Source: Malacoraja senta
Taxonomy: Eukaryota
DNA length: 46,719 nucleotides
Assembly: GCA_038087875.1 (NCBI GenBank)
Contig: JAXLNO010001170.1
Coordinates: 62,001 to 108,719 of the forward strand
Reading direction: 5' to 3'
Both the position numbers and the translations under genes were made by a program. Of the stretch, positions 24,295 to 37,052 are shown in pieces. Below the pieces are notes generated by a model. It searched no databases, was not told the DNA's origin, and saw only the letters and a program-made list of their open reading frames with translations. How positions within the stretch are numbered: the stretch's first letter is position 1; each line of letters starts with the position of its first letter.

Positions 24295-25204
24295 TAGAAC
24301 TGTGAAGAGGATGTTAGGAGGTTGCAGGGTGACCTGGACAGGTTGAGTGAGTGGGCAGATGCGTGGCAGATGCCGTATAGTATAGATAAATGTGCGGTTA
24401 TCCACTTTGGCGGCAAAAACAAGGGGGCAGATTATTATCTCAATGGGGTTAGGTTAGGTAAGGGGGAGGTACAGTGAGACCTGGGTGTCCTTGTACACCG
24501 GTCACTGAAAGTTGGCGTGCAGGTACAGCAGGCAGTGAAGAATGCTAATGGAATGTTGGCCTTCATAACAAGAGGATTTCGGTATAGGAGTAAAGAGGTT
24601 CTTCTGTAGTTGTATAGGGCTCTGGTGAGACCACATCTGGAGTATTGTGTACAGTTTTGGTCTCCTAATTTGAGGAAGGACATCCTTGTGATTGAGGCAG
24701 TGCAGCGTAGTTTCACGAGATTGATCCCTGGGATGGCGAGACTGTCATATGAGGAAAGATTGAAAAGACGGCTTGTATCCACTGGAGTTTAGAAGGATGA
24801 GGGGGGATCTTATAGAAACATATAAAATTATAAAAGGACTGGACAAGCTAGATGCAGGAAAAATGTTCCCAATGTTGGGCGAGTCCAGGACCAGAGGCCA
24901 CAGTCTCAGAATAAAGGGGAGGTCATTTAAGACTGAGGTGAGAAAAAACGTTTTCACCCAGAGAGTTGTGAATTTATGGAATTCCCTGCCACGGAGGGCA
25001 GTGGAGGCCAACTCACTGGAGGGATTTAAGAGAGAGTTAGATAGAGCTCTTGGGGCTAGTGGAGTCAAGGGATATGGGGAGAAGGCAGGCACGGGTTATT
25101 GATAGGGGACGATCAGCCATGATCACAATGAATGGCGGTGCTGGCTCGAAGGGCCGAATGGCCTCCTCCTGCACCTATTTTCTATGTTTCTATGTTTCTA
25201 TGTT
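24295..25204 (+). mobile_element. CR1-like LINE (B/C unit boundary copy)
   Basis: Paralog of 11795-12703; [20 protein letters not shown]...GYGEKAGTGY. Confidence 0.92.
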
Positions 25205-25583
25205 TCAGTTTGGAGATACAGCGCGGAAACAGGCCCTTCGGCCAACTGAGTTCGCGGCGACCAGCGATCTCCGTTGACTAGTACTGTCCTAAACATGCTA
25301 GAGTCAATTTACAATTGCACCGAGCCAATTGACCTACACACCTGTACGTCTTTGGAGTGTGGGAGAAAACCGGAAATCCAGGAGAAATTCCACTCAGGTC
25401 ACGGAGAAAACGTACAAATTCCGTGCAGACAAGCACCCGTATTCAGGATCGAACCCGGTTCTCTGGCGCTGTAAAGCAGCAACTGTACCGCAGCGGCACC
25501 GTTGCACCCTAATGGTGTGGGGATTTACGCACATATGTGGCTACATAGGTTTATTACTCCTGTTCTTGTTTCAACGGCATCAG

Positions 25584-25735
25584 CAGATACTGCCTGAGTC
25601 ACTGAGTTCTCTCGTGGGTGCCCATGTACCTTCTCGGACCGTTCCATTGACTATCACTAGAGTCCTTCTCGCCGACTCTGCCGTGCATCTCAGCGCCATA
25701 GGGCCGAGACCGAAGCAGCGGGTCCGAACAAAGCC
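25584..25735 (+). pseudogene. V relic psiV0-C
   Basis: SRTVPLTITRVLLADSAVHLSAIGP; decayed RSS. Confidence 0.75.
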
Positions 25736-26990
25736 GAACCCTGGCAGTTTAAGCGGGGGACCACCTGGGAAACCTGGGATCTCCTCTGAACATGCATCAA
25801 ATGTATTGCAAACAAGCTCCGTTCAAGCCTGTCCTCCAAAATCCTCCCGATGTTCACCAATTCTCCAATGGACGCGCGTACCCGCTTGCTTGCGGGCGTC
25901 TGCGTATGTACTTCGTCTGTGGGATTGCGACACAAAATAACGGAGATAAATAGAGTGAGGCATTGAGACGTACATGCGGACCTTAGGCCCAACAGATCCA
26001 TTCCGATCAAGATGTATTCAAGGTGTTTAGGAAGGAACTGTAGATGCTGGAACAATCGAAAGTAGACAGAAATGGTGGAGGAACTCAGCGGGTGTGGCAG
26101 CATCTATGGAGTGAAGGAATGGATGACGTTTCGAGTCGAGACCCTTCTTCAGACTGTCTGAAGAAGGAACTCGACCCGAAACGTCACCCATTCCCTCGCT
26201 CCATAGATGCTGCCTCACCCGCTGAGTTTCTGCAGCATTTCTGTCTACCTAAGATGTATTCAAGAGTGAGTTAGATATAGCTCGTGCTGCTAACGGAGTC
26301 AAGGATATGGGGAGAAAGCAGGAATGGGATACAAAATTTTGAGGATCAGCCGTGATAATATTATATGGCGGTGCTTGTACGAAGGGCCGAATGGCCCAAT
26401 ACTGCACCTATTTTCTATGTTTCTATGTTTCTATGCCTAATCGAAGGTACTCCCATGTTTCGCGTCTGGCACATATGCTTCCAAATCTTTCCTACCCATG
26501 TGCGTATCCAAGCTTCTTTGAAATGCTGCTATAGTCCGTGCCCCAGCTACTGTACCTCATGTGGAAGCTCGTGAAAACGTTTCCCCTCAGGTTGCTATTA
26601 AATCGTGCCGCTCCCATATTAAAACTATGTTCACTTGTTCTGGACTCCCGTACCATTGCGAAAATATTGTGTGCATTCACCATATCCACTCCTCCCGTGA
26701 TCTCTTATACACTTCTTTCAGATCACCCATCAGACTCTTGCGCTCCTGCAGATAAAATCATAACTTGCCCAACGTGTCCCTATTCGTAAGGTCCTCGAGT
26801 TCTGGCAATATTTCCGACTGAAGAGTTTGGAGAAATCACAAAAACCCAAACAAGCACGCAGATCAGAAGAAAGATTGAGTGCATGAGCAAGGGAGCGAGA
26901 GAGGAAGAGTGGGAGGGTGGGGAGATAGATGGAGTGTCAGAAAGATATTCGGATAGAAAGAAGGTAGCCAACTAAACAGATAGAGCAAGA

Positions 26991-27011
26991 GCGTGCGACA
27001 CCCACACACCC

Positions 27012-27056
<45 letters not shown>

Positions 27057-27116
27057 CAGAGAGAGACAGAGACAGAGAGAGAGAGTAAGAGAGAGAGAGA
27101 TATAGAGACCGAGACG
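26991..27116. repeat. (CA)/(GA)n microsatellite upstream of leader La
   Basis: Directly visible; the only resolved copy of the tract. Confidence 0.95.
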
Positions 27117-27356
27117 GAACGAAGCGCAAGGAAAGATAGAGGTGGAACAAATTAGCTTGCGTAAAGTGAGCAGGCATGTGCTCAAATTGCATCGGTTGTG
27201 ATCAACCAACCGTTCAAGAGGGGAACGCCCCTCAGTCTCCCCAACAGAAAAAAACCTGCCCCTGATTTCCGTCTCCTCTCACATGTATTGGACAACGCGA
27301 GACATGAACACAGTCGATCATTTCTGCCTTACAGAGCTGTTTATAACCTACAGGCC

Positions 27357-27401
27357 ATGAACACCTTCTGGTCTATACTGATGATAATTTTCGTACTTCC
27401 T
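27357..27401 (+). pseudogene. Orphan leader La-C, donor deleted
   Basis: MNTFWSILMIIFVLP; ttcc|tatgtttcaatgg equals the D sequence minus aggtgagct, apart from one substitution. Confidence 0.8.
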
Positions 27402-28383
27402 ATGTTTCAATGGTTCCGAAGCGGAAAGTGTCTTTGATACAATGACATATTGCTCACAGGTTCTTTGAGTCTCTGTTGCAATTTTCCGCGAGCGAAACGT
27501 GTCTTTGATACAGGCGCGACAGCCATCCCAAACTCTAGATATTTTTCCGTGATGCTTTCCTTCCAGCCAGGGGTCTCTTTCTATTGTCCTCCCCATTGGA
27601 TCTCGCAAGGCAGCCTCCCATGAAGACAAGGGCTTGGAGAGAACGTTGCACTCCGATGGTGACCTCCGTCGTTTTGTCACCCAGTTTCTGCAACTGGCGA
27701 AACGCTGGTTTGCTTTGCGATTGGTGATAACCGGTCTGTCCAAGTGCGGAAACTGACACGCTGAACGCTCGCAAGTGAGTTCTGATATCTCCGGGAACAC
27801 CGCGGTACATCTCCAAAGAAATTCAAAAGTAAAGGAGGCGGGGAGGTTATTGAGGGGCGTCGGGAGCCAGACAGACAGACAGAAGGTCAGACGCGCGAGA
27901 TCAACCATTGCACGCAAATGAACTCCGTTTTCCCAACTTACTTAACAGTTTATTGACTTTTCACTCACATCCTCGCAGTTTGGCCCCTTACACATAGCAC
28001 TTTCAGCTGCTCGTCTCCCGGGTAACTTTTCCTCCATGTTTTCTCCCCACGATCTGATCATACACTTGTGACAAGTCATGGCGAAAGGCATTACAACAGT
28101 ACTCGGTGAAAATAATTCAACGATGTTCAAAACCCACAGAATGGTGTTGAACAGTCGGTAGAAGCTTTACATTATCTGAAGAGTGTCGCTGCACCTCCCC
28201 CTCCCCCCACCTCGTGGTGGGCGGGTCTTAAGGAAACGGGCTCACATTGCGTGGATTATGACAACCCATCCAATCGGCGTCAGATGCACGCCACATTGCT
28301 TTCTAAAGACATCAGCATCTGTCGTCCGATATCAGATGCGGGGCAGCGAGATCTTGAAAACAACTAATTCTTCTCTGTTTGCC

Positions 28384-29719
28384 ATGTGGTCTACATGTTC
28401 TTTGCTCGTAATAACGTTCGTCCTGCCTAGTAAGTCTGCGTTTAAACGCTCAGTATGTGCACCAAGTCTCTGATAAGATAGAAGTTTGCAAATATTATAG
28501 CACGCACAGATAGGGTAGAATGTCAAAACACATTTTCCCAAGGGTGGCGTGTCAAAGTCTGGAGGGCGCAGCTTTAAGGGAAAGTGGCAATGTTTAAAGG
28601 AGACGTTCGGGGCAAAGGGATAACGGGTGCCTGGCACAGACTGCTGGGGCGTGCCAATGCAGGCATAGATGAAAGTGGTGTTTACCAGATTATTAGGTAG
28701 GCATATGACAATAGACAATTGACAATAGGTGCAGTATTAGGCCATTCGCCACTTCAAGACAGCACCGCCGTTCAATGTGATCATGGCTGATCATCCACAT
28801 CCACATTCCCGTTCCGGCCTTCTCTCCATTTCCCCTGACTCCGCTATCTTCAAGAGCCATATCTAGCTCTCTCTTGAAAGTAACCAGAGAACTGGCCTCC
28901 ACTGCCCTCTGAGGCAGATAATTCCACAACGAGAACTCCCTGTGTGAAAAACGTGTTTCCTCGTCTCCTTTCTAAATAGCGTACCTCTTATTCTTAAACT
29001 GTGGCACTATGTTCTGGACTCCCCCAACATCGGAAACGTGTTTCCTGCCTCTAGCGTGTCCAACCCCTTAATAATCTTATATGTTTCAATAAGATACCCT
29101 CTCATCCTTCTAAATTTCAGAGTGTGCAAGCCCAGCCGCTCCATTCGCTCAGCATGTGACAGTCCCGCCATTCCGGGAATTAACCTTGTGAACCTACGCT
29201 GCACTCCCTCAATAGCAAGAATATGGATATGCAGGGAACGGAGGGATAGGGATTATGTTCAAGCAAGTGAGATTAGTTTATTTTAGCATTATGCTCGGCA
29301 CCGATATTGTGAAGGAAGGTCTGTTCCTGTGCTGTACAGATCGATGTTATTTGTTGGTTATTTATTGTAGGCTTTCAGCTTCATCGCATGTTTCTTTTTT
29401 GCTTTATTACAGGAAGCTACGGCGAAGAGTCTATGTCTCAATATCCGCCTGAACTCATTGTTGTTGTAGGACAGGCCGTAATTCTTAATTGCAATTACCC
29501 CAAATCTTACAATCATTATGTCGCTTTCTGGTACATTCAGAACGGTGGGCAAGCGCCGAAATATCTACTACAACAATTTAGTGCATACACCGGAGACACA
29601 GCTCGTGATTTGCCAGAGAGGTTTTCTGGTGGTTACCACAAAGAGAATCGCTCGATACCTTTAAGTATCTCCGGCGTCCTTTTCTCCGATTCCGCCGTGT
29701 ATCTCTGCGCCATGAGGCC
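28384..29719 (+). CDS. V segment V1-C (leader Lb 28384-28429, V exon 29413-29719), apparently functional
   Basis: Leader with A|gtaagt; open exon, Cys/Trp/Cys intact. Confidence 0.85.
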
Positions 29720-29799
29720 CACACTGCGGCATTGAAGCGGCTGATCCGAACAAAAACTTTCTCCCGTCATTTCTCTCGAATCTTCACCAGAGGGCGCTC
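29720..29799 (+). promoter_or_regulatory. 23-RSS (29720-29758) + CTCF motif (29781-29799) of V1-C
   Basis: CACACTG-23-ACAAAAACT; TCTTCACCAGAGGGCGCTC. Confidence 0.9.
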
Positions 29800-30348
29800 T
29801 CTTCCATCTACCAAAAACACTCCACCCCAAAATAGAATATTACCCTCAAACACGAAGCGCAGAGCTTCATCTTCCAACTTACTTTAGATTATTTTGTTTG
29901 TTTTTATTCCTACTTGTCGACTGGCCTTTTTCTTTTGCATTCCTCATCTAAATTCCATCATTTATCCTCGCAGCTCCTGACGTGATTTCCCCCCATAATG
30001 CACCGCAAGGCTCCTGTTTCCACCTCACCACTCCGCAACATGCGTTTAACAATTGATTCTAGAAAGGAGGGTTCGAAATCCGACCTCAGTAGGAATACAA
30101 TCAACCAACAACACAGGGCGGCACAGTGGCGCAGCTGGAAGTGCTGCAGCCTCACTGCGCCAGCGACCCGGTTTCGATTCTGACCTGTTATATCGTCTGT
30201 GTGGAGTTTGCAGATTATCCCTGTAATCGCATGGATTTCCCCCGGGTGTTCCGGTTTCCTCGCATAACCAAAGGGCGTGCGGGTTTGTAAGTTTGTTGGG
30301 CTCTATAAATTGCCCCTGGTGGGTGGGGAGTGGAAGACAAAGTGAGAT

Positions 30349-31221
30349 GTAGGGGGCGCTGCTCTGGGCAGCGGCCATGTCAGCAGCGTGTTAGTTTTTT
30401 CAACTTTTTTTTATTTTTTAGTATGTTTAAAAGTGTGTATTTAATGTTTCTTTGTGTGTCTTGTGTGGGGGGTGGTGTGGGGGGGGGGGTAAGGGGGAAA
30501 CCGCTTCCATCGCCTCCTCCATGGGGAGGCGACTTTTTCCAGGTCGCCTCCCCCGTGGCCTAACATCAAGGATCGGCGCGGCCTTTCCAGGAGACGCGCC
30601 CGGGGCTTCAGCGGCGGGCGCAGCGTGGACTCTCGGCGTGGAGCGGGTGAGCCCTCGCTGGGGCTCGCTGGAGGGGAACGCTCCGTTTCGCTGGCCCGGG
30701 GCAGCCGGCAGCCTGAAGTCGCAGCCTGAAGTCACGGTCTGCAGAGCTCCAGCTGGTGCGGTGTCTACAGCCCGGGATCCCTCGTGGGGGACCCGGGGGA
30801 AGAAGAAGAAGCCATCACTGCCGGCCCGCGGCCAACTTCTACCGCGGGGCCGGCATGGACTTACCAATACCCCTGCAGGGGAGCTTCGACCGCCGGCCCT
30901 GCAGTCTACGGTGCTTCTGGCTGCGGCGGAGACTTTAAATCTCGACAGCCGGCCTGCGGCCTACAACAACTTAAAGCCGCGGTCTCCGGTGAGGAAGAGC
31001 CGATCCTGGACTGACTCTGGACTCTGGTGCTGTTCACGGAGGGGAAATGGAGGAGGATTGGCCAAATTTTTGTGCCTTACACCACAGTTTTGAATGCTGT
31101 GGTGGATGTTTGTGTTACATTTTTTATTGTGGTTGTGTGTTCTTATTATTGTATCGCTGCTGACAACCCAAAATTCCACCAGCTTGGCTGTGTGGACATT
31201 AAAAAAAAAATACTATACTAT
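30349..31221 (+). mobile_element. ~870 bp unclassified GC-rich insertion with A10 + (TACTA)2 tail, splitting a V-SINE
   Basis: Empty site gacaaagtgggataacgttcg at ~5596, ~17860 and ~40516. The tail suggests retrotransposition; no clear TSD. Confidence 0.7.
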
Positions 31222-32456
31222 AACGTTCGCTAGTGCGAACGTGTGGTCGGTGGTCTGCATGGACTCGATGGGCAGAAGGGCCTGTTTGTTCCGCGCTGTG
31301 TCTCTAAACTAAATTAAACCCTATTCAAAACAAAGAAAATGCAGAGATTTGGAAGAATGTTTGAGAGACTTCGCGATATCGGGATGCATTCCCGAGGATT
31401 CATCAAATCCTTATATTAATATTACATCGTTACGTGATCAGGTCGCATTAAGGACGTGAGAAGTCGTTAAATAAAAAAGTAAAACCATGTTCCCTTTTGT
31501 TCTTTTTGCTCCTACATTGGGAGTGAAGACTCTCTGCATCACGCCATCTATTCCCCTCATTGTGTTATGAACCACTGTAAGATCACTCTGCGGCTTCCTG
31601 CCCTCCATGGTATAAAATCACAGGCTGCACAACTTCTTCCTCTGGCTCAGCCCCCGGTGTTTCAAGTCTAGTCCAGAATCTGGAGGACAAACATATTAAA
31701 CGGCCTGAAGAACTCAGCGGGTCCAGCAACACCTGGGGCAAGAGGTCAATGATTCGGTGAAGATACAAGGCCAATATGCCCCTTTCCTCTTTCTACACGT
31801 CGAAAGCAGATTGTATTGTTCTGTTGGGGCATTTATAAACGCTGTGGTCTGAGATTATTAATTGGAATATATTTCACACAATGACATAAATAGAACACGG
31901 CAAACCGGATAAGGAAATGATATAATTGAGCCAACTGTGTATTTCCTCGGGAGGCTATAGTCTATGTATCTATGTATCTATGTATCGCTGCATCTGTAAA
32001 ACGCCCTTTACCCTTGTATGGTCTCACTCGGAAGCAGGCGGGCGTCACCGAAAGCCAGAAAATGGAGAGACAGCCAGACAAACGTAGCCTATGAACACCG
32101 ACAGCAACATGAATGGCGATAGATAGTGTGAAAATAGAGCGTACGCTCCACAGAGAATGAGAGAGGGAAGCGAAGGGATTGATGGGAGAGTAAAAGTGTG
32201 GGAGAGGGACACAGTGTGCGTGTTAGAGAGAGAGTCGGAGAAAGAGCGAGAGAGAAAAAAAGAAACTCGGGTATTGCCGGAACGTGTGAAATTAGAAGGC
32301 GGAGCGATTTCCGCGAAACGAACCAATCGAACACCAGGGAACTGTCCTCGATTATCTTTCATGAGCCTGGTCTGAGCTTTGTGTCGCATGTCTGATGCGA
32401 GGCGTGAACATACTTATAAATATTTTCTCCTCGACTTTTCGTTCAAACCGGACACC

Positions 32457-33216
32457 ATGAGTTCCTCGTGGTCCTGTCTGATAATTATGTTTGTGCTGCC
32501 CGGTGAGTCTGTGTTTAACTGCTCAGTGTTACGTCCGGGGCTCCAATTTACCGTCGGACTGGGCGGCACGGTGGCGTAGCGGTAGAGCTACCGCCTTGCA
32601 GCGTCAGTGACCCGGGTTCGATCCTGACTGCGGGTGTTTGGCTGTACAGAGTTTGTATGTTCTCCCCGTGACCTGCGTTGGTTTTCTCCGAGATCTTATT
32701 GTTTCTTCCCACACTCCAAAGGCGTACAGATTAGTAGGTTAATTGGGGGCATGGTGTAAATGCAAAACTGTCCCTCGTGTGTGTAGCTTAGTGGTAATTT
32801 GCGGGGATCGCTGGTCGGTGCGGACACGGTGGGCCGAAGGGCCTGTTTGCGCGCTGTATCTCTAAATTAAACTAAACGATTCACTCGCGTGTTATGTTCG
32901 TTCTTACAGGAACGGGCGGCGAAGAGTCCGTGTCCCAGGATCCGCCGGAACAAACGGCCGTGGAAGGACAAAGCGTCACGATGAACTGCAGTTACTCTGC
33001 AGCGTTCGATGCCGACGCGGCCTTCTGGTACATCCAATATCCCGGAGAGGCGCCAAGATATCTACTCAAGAGACTGAGCACTGGGTTTGCGGATCAGTCG
33101 CCGGATTTGCCAGACAGGTTTTCTGCTGTTTTTCAGAAAGATAGTAGGACGGTCCCTTTAACTATCTCCGCGGCCCTTGTGTCAGACTCGGCCGTGTACC
33201 TGTGCGCCATGACGCC
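32457..33216 (+). CDS. V segment V2-C (leader 32457-32502, V exon 32910-33216), apparently functional
   Basis: MSSSWSCLIIMFVLP G|gtgagt; open exon ending CAMTP. Confidence 0.92.
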
Positions 33217-33294
33217 CACACTGGTGCAGTGAATCAGCGGACCACGACAAAAACCTTTCCCGCCACTCCCGCGACCGCTCGCAAGAGGGCGCTG
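33217..33294 (+). promoter_or_regulatory. 23-RSS (33217-33255) + CTCF motif (33276-33294) of V2-C
   Basis: CACACTG-23-ACAAAAACC; CGCTCGCAAGAGGGCGCTG. Confidence 0.88.
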
Positions 33295-33411
33295 TCACCC
33301 GGCTAAACGAAGGAGGTGCTTTTGCGAATCCGCAGAGAACAAATACTCTGTAGGTGCCTGATGTCTACAGTATATTTTCCCTTTGTCTCCACAGGTGTAG
33401 CTCACCCTCTC

Positions 33412-33680
33412 GGGGCGGCACAGTAGCGCAGCGTTGGAGTTGCTCCCTTGCTGCGCCAGAAACTCGGGTTTGATCCTGACCTCGGGCGTTGCCTTTGAGG
33501 AGTTCACAGCTCACCCTGTGACTGCGTGGATTTACTCCGCGTGCTGCGGTTTCCCCCCGCGCCCCAAGGACACGTGCGTTTATAGGGTCTTTGCAAATTG
33601 TTCATAATGTGTTGTGAGTGGATACAAAAGTGGGATAACATAGATAACAAATGTATGATCAATGACCGGTGTGGGCGATG
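33412..33680 (+). mobile_element. V-SINE (untruncated version of 8136-8244)
   Basis: Continues ctcaccctg-tgactgcgtggatttactcc...; copy at ~43252-43520. Confidence 0.75.
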
Positions 33681-34290
33681 AGCAGCGCTGCATCTTTTAC
33701 TCAATTCAGAAATCAGATTTGGTTCCTAATAAAAAGGACCCTAGTCCTTCCATAAAATGTGCAAATCGCCAATCTGAGTTGCAAGGCGCTAGGTTGAGCC
33801 AAGCGAAGTGGAGTTTAGTCGTGTACTTTTGTTTAGAGATTAGTTTAGAGATGCAGCGCGAAAATAGGCCCTTCGGCCCACCGAGGCCGCGCCGACCAGC
33901 GATCCGCGGATACTGGCACTATTCTGCACACTGAGGACATTTACAATATTTACCGGCTCGGCTCGTGGTGGCCCTCCTCGCTCTCGGAGGCTTTCAAAAA
34001 ACTCTCGGACGTTCCCTACATACTCTCGACGGTCTTCCTGCGCTCTCGGCAGCCCCGCCCGACCCCGGTGGCCCCATCAGGCGGTTCGTTGAGTTATGCG
34101 GGGCGCATCTGGGGAGCTTTCTGCCTCAGCTTTCTCAGTTGTATGTGCGCAACCAATCATGTGCAGGAAACGCCCCTTAGCGTGTACGGTAGTGAACCGG
34201 ATGTTGGCTTCTATTCACACATCGGATACGAGGCAAGGGCACAGTGTGAAAGTCGTCTCCTTCTCTCACTCTCGTTCCAAGTCGGGCACC

Positions 34291-35231
34291 ATGTGCGCTT
34301 CGTGTCTCTTGCCGCTGATACTCCTCGTGGTGCCCGGTGAGTTTGTGTGTCATTGTTCAGTGTGCAATCCGTGAGTTCCAGGTACTGCCCGTTCTCTGAC
34401 ACCGGGGTTCAACGTAGGTTCACCAGGTTAATTTCCGGGATGGCGGTACTGACATATAATGAAGTAGTGGGTCGACTGGGCTTGTATTCACTGGAATTTA
34501 GAAGGGTGAGAGGAGATCGTATAGAAACATATAACACTCTTAAAGGATTGGACAGGCTAACTGCACGAGAAATGTTCCCGATATTGGGGGAGTCCAGAAC
34601 CAGGGGTCACACAGTTTAAGAATAAGGGGTCGGCCATTTAGGACTGTGACGAGGAAATACATTTTCACCCAGAGAGTTGTGAATCTGTGGAATTCTATGG
34701 AAGGCAGTGGAGGCTAATTCACTGATTGTTTTCAAGAGGGAGTTTAATTTAGCTCTTAGGGTTAACGGAATCAGGGAATATGGGGGAAAAGCAAGAACGG
34801 AGTACTGATTTTAGATGATCAGCCATAATCAGATTGAATGGTGATATTGGCTTGAAGGGCCGAATGGCCTACTCCTGCACCTATTTTTCTACGTTTCTAT
34901 GACACGCTGTGTGCTTTGTTATAGGTACCCGTGGCGGTGACTCAGTGATTCAGTTCCCGCTGCAACTGGCTGCCGAGGAAGGACAGAGCCTAACACTGAA
35001 CTGCACTTACTCTGAAGGATTCAGCGCCAACTTTGCCTGCTGGTACATCCAATTTCCCGGGGAAGCGCCTAGATACGTAGTGATGATATACAGCCATGGG
35101 GCAGGCAACCGGTCTCCAGATTTCCCGGACAGGTTTACTTCCGTGTTTCATAAAGCATCGAGGACTGTTCCTTTAACTATCTCCGGGGTTCGCGTCTCCG
35201 ATTCCGCCGTGTATCTCTGCGCCTTGAGGCC
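34291..35231 (+). CDS. V segment V4-C (leader 34291-34336, V exon 34925-35231), apparently functional
   Basis: MCASCLLPLILLVVP G|gtgagt; acceptor tttgttatag; GDSVIQFP..LNCTY..ACWYIQ..DSAVYLCALRP. Confidence 0.9.
34385..34900 (+). mobile_element. CR1-like 3' fragment in the V4 intron
   Basis: VQRRFTRLISGMAVLTYNE..GLYSLEFRRVRGD. Copy at ~44225-44740. Confidence 0.85.
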
Positions 35232-35309
35232 CACACTGCTGCAGAGATGGGGCAGATACGGACAAAAACCCATTCTTGAGTTCCAGTCAGCTGCCACAAG
35301 GGGGCGCCG
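35232..35309 (+). promoter_or_regulatory. 23-RSS (35232-35270) + CTCF motif (35291-35309) of V4-C
   Basis: CACACTG-23-ACAAAAACC; CTGCCACAAGGGGGCGCCG 20 nt later. Confidence 0.9.
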
Positions 35310-36249
35310 CAGTCCGTTGAATATACCTCATTCGGAAAATAAACAGAGGAGACACCGGAAGGTGACGGAATACACAACCGCCACTGCAAGAGTGAGGCCA
35401 CACGCAAACTGGACGAGGAACATCCCCTATTCCACTTAGGGAGCTAACTGGCGAACGGCATGAACTTTGAATTCTCCAATTTAAAGTAATAGCCGTCCTA
35501 CCCCTCTCCTTCTAGCGCCATCCCACCCCTTTGCGCACCCATTTCTCCCACTTTCACACACCAGTCACCTTTCCTCTCCATTGGGCACTGATTTTCCCAT
35601 ACCCTCTCTATCCCCTTCACTTGTTCCTAATGTATCCGTCACACATGGTTTACATTTCACACCTCTTCTCCTCTCCGTATCCGACAGCCTTTTGTCCTCT
35701 TTCCATTTCTAGCGCTTGTCTCTTATTCTACCCACGTGGCAAACTCTTTTCCAGTTTTCTCCCCCATGTGACTGAAGGAGGGTCTCGACCCGAACGTTGC
35801 CTGTCCATTTCCATCCACAAATGCTGCCTGACCCGTTGAGGTCCTTCAGCACACCGTGTTTTGCTCAAGATACTCGTGGTATCTCTTGCTCTGCAAAGCT
35901 CTCCTGGTCAAGTCGCAGAGTTATCTTCTCCCAATCCCCCTACATCTCCGTGCCGAACATAATGCCGAATTGAACCAATTGAGCACGTTATGACTGAGCT
36001 GAGTAGGTTTTAGGTTTGATTTTGGTTTATCATTATCACATGCACCCGCGAATAGTGGACTTTGTTTTGCATGCTACCCAGTCGGATTAGATAATGTTAT
36101 ATATAAACACAATCAAGTCAAGCTCAAGTATAACAAGTAGGGCAAAGGGACAGATACAGCGTTCAGAATTTTTCTCTCGGCATTGTAGCGCACCATTATA
36201 AGAGAGGACGTCCAATGTCCGCAATTGGGTAGATCTGCACAGGGCAATA

Positions 36250-36900
36250 CCCTAGTTTATGGGAGAACCATTGACAAGCCTGATAACAGAGAAGAAGCTG
36301 TTCCTGAGTCAGGCGATTAGTTCGTCCAAACGTCTGTATCACCTGGCCGACGGACGCGGAGTTGTGTAGGTCTCATGATGTGCGGACTGGATTTCCGGGG
36401 CATCGTTAAGTGTACATGGAATCAGTTGTGGGATGTCTGATGTGGACTTTTCGCTGCAATGTCTTGCGTTCTTGGGCAAAGCTGTTCCACACCAAGCCGT
36501 GACGCAGTTCGGCAGTACGCTTTCCATGGTTAGATGTAGTCACCGGAGACATGCCAAATTTTCTCCGTTTCCTCAAGAAACAGGGGCGCAGGCGTGACTT
36601 CTTATCTATCACGTCAATATGGTTGGTCCACAAGGGACGGTTAGTAATATTAACCCACAGGAGCTTGAAGCTCTGAACCATTTCCACGTTGTCGCCATCG
36701 AAACTGACTTGGGCAGGTACTCAGTCAAACGCCCCGAAGTCCACAAGTAACTCCTTCATCTTTCGTCTTGCTGACATTGAGGAAGAGGTTGTTGTCCTGA
36801 TTCCATGTTAAGATGTACTACTGAGCTGTATGCATTTGGCAGCTGAATCTTGTCTTTACTGGTAAATTCAACACCCAGAAGAACCCACTGGTCTATTTGA
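36250..36900 (-). mobile_element. Rex1/Babar-like LINE RT C-terminal remnant
   Basis: Minus strand VQSFKLLWVNIT...NHIDVIDKKS..CFLRKRRKFGMSP and ESVLPNCVTAW resemble SFKFLGV.I...W..HI....KKA..RLYFLR.LRKF and ESIL..CIT.W. Copy at ~46090-46719. Confidence 0.7.
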
Positions 36901-37052
36901 GATGGATGACGTAGTGAATGAAGATTACTGTCCAACCAGCAAGGCCCAAGAGACAAACCAATCCCGAATCGGGAGTACGCCCTCTATCTGCAACAAAGGG
37001 GCACCAAACATCGCATTGCCACCATTGTCTTCCCAGCCTCCAACAGATCACC

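Larger units (their letters stand above)
1..31220 (+). repeat. Tandem segmental duplication, type I units (A 1-12300, B 12301-24802, partial C from 24803)
   Basis: The same CR1 start ggggatcttatagaaac occurs at 1, 12301 and 24803; the same order of genes and repeats recurs. Confidence 0.95.

Noticed and set aside
30343-30361. CTCF-like TGAGATGTAGGGGGCGCTG at the insertion's left edge
   Set aside because: Only the 3' half matches; the CCACC half is missing and it is not RSS-linked.
30452-31093. 213-aa ORF in the GC-rich insertion
   Set aside because: Ala/Gly/Arg/Pro-rich product typical of stop-poor GC-rich DNA; no domain recognised.
34066-34090. CTCF-like gtggccccatcaggcgg / gtggccccaccagacgg upstream of V4
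   Set aside because: Poor match in the G-rich core and differs between the two copies.
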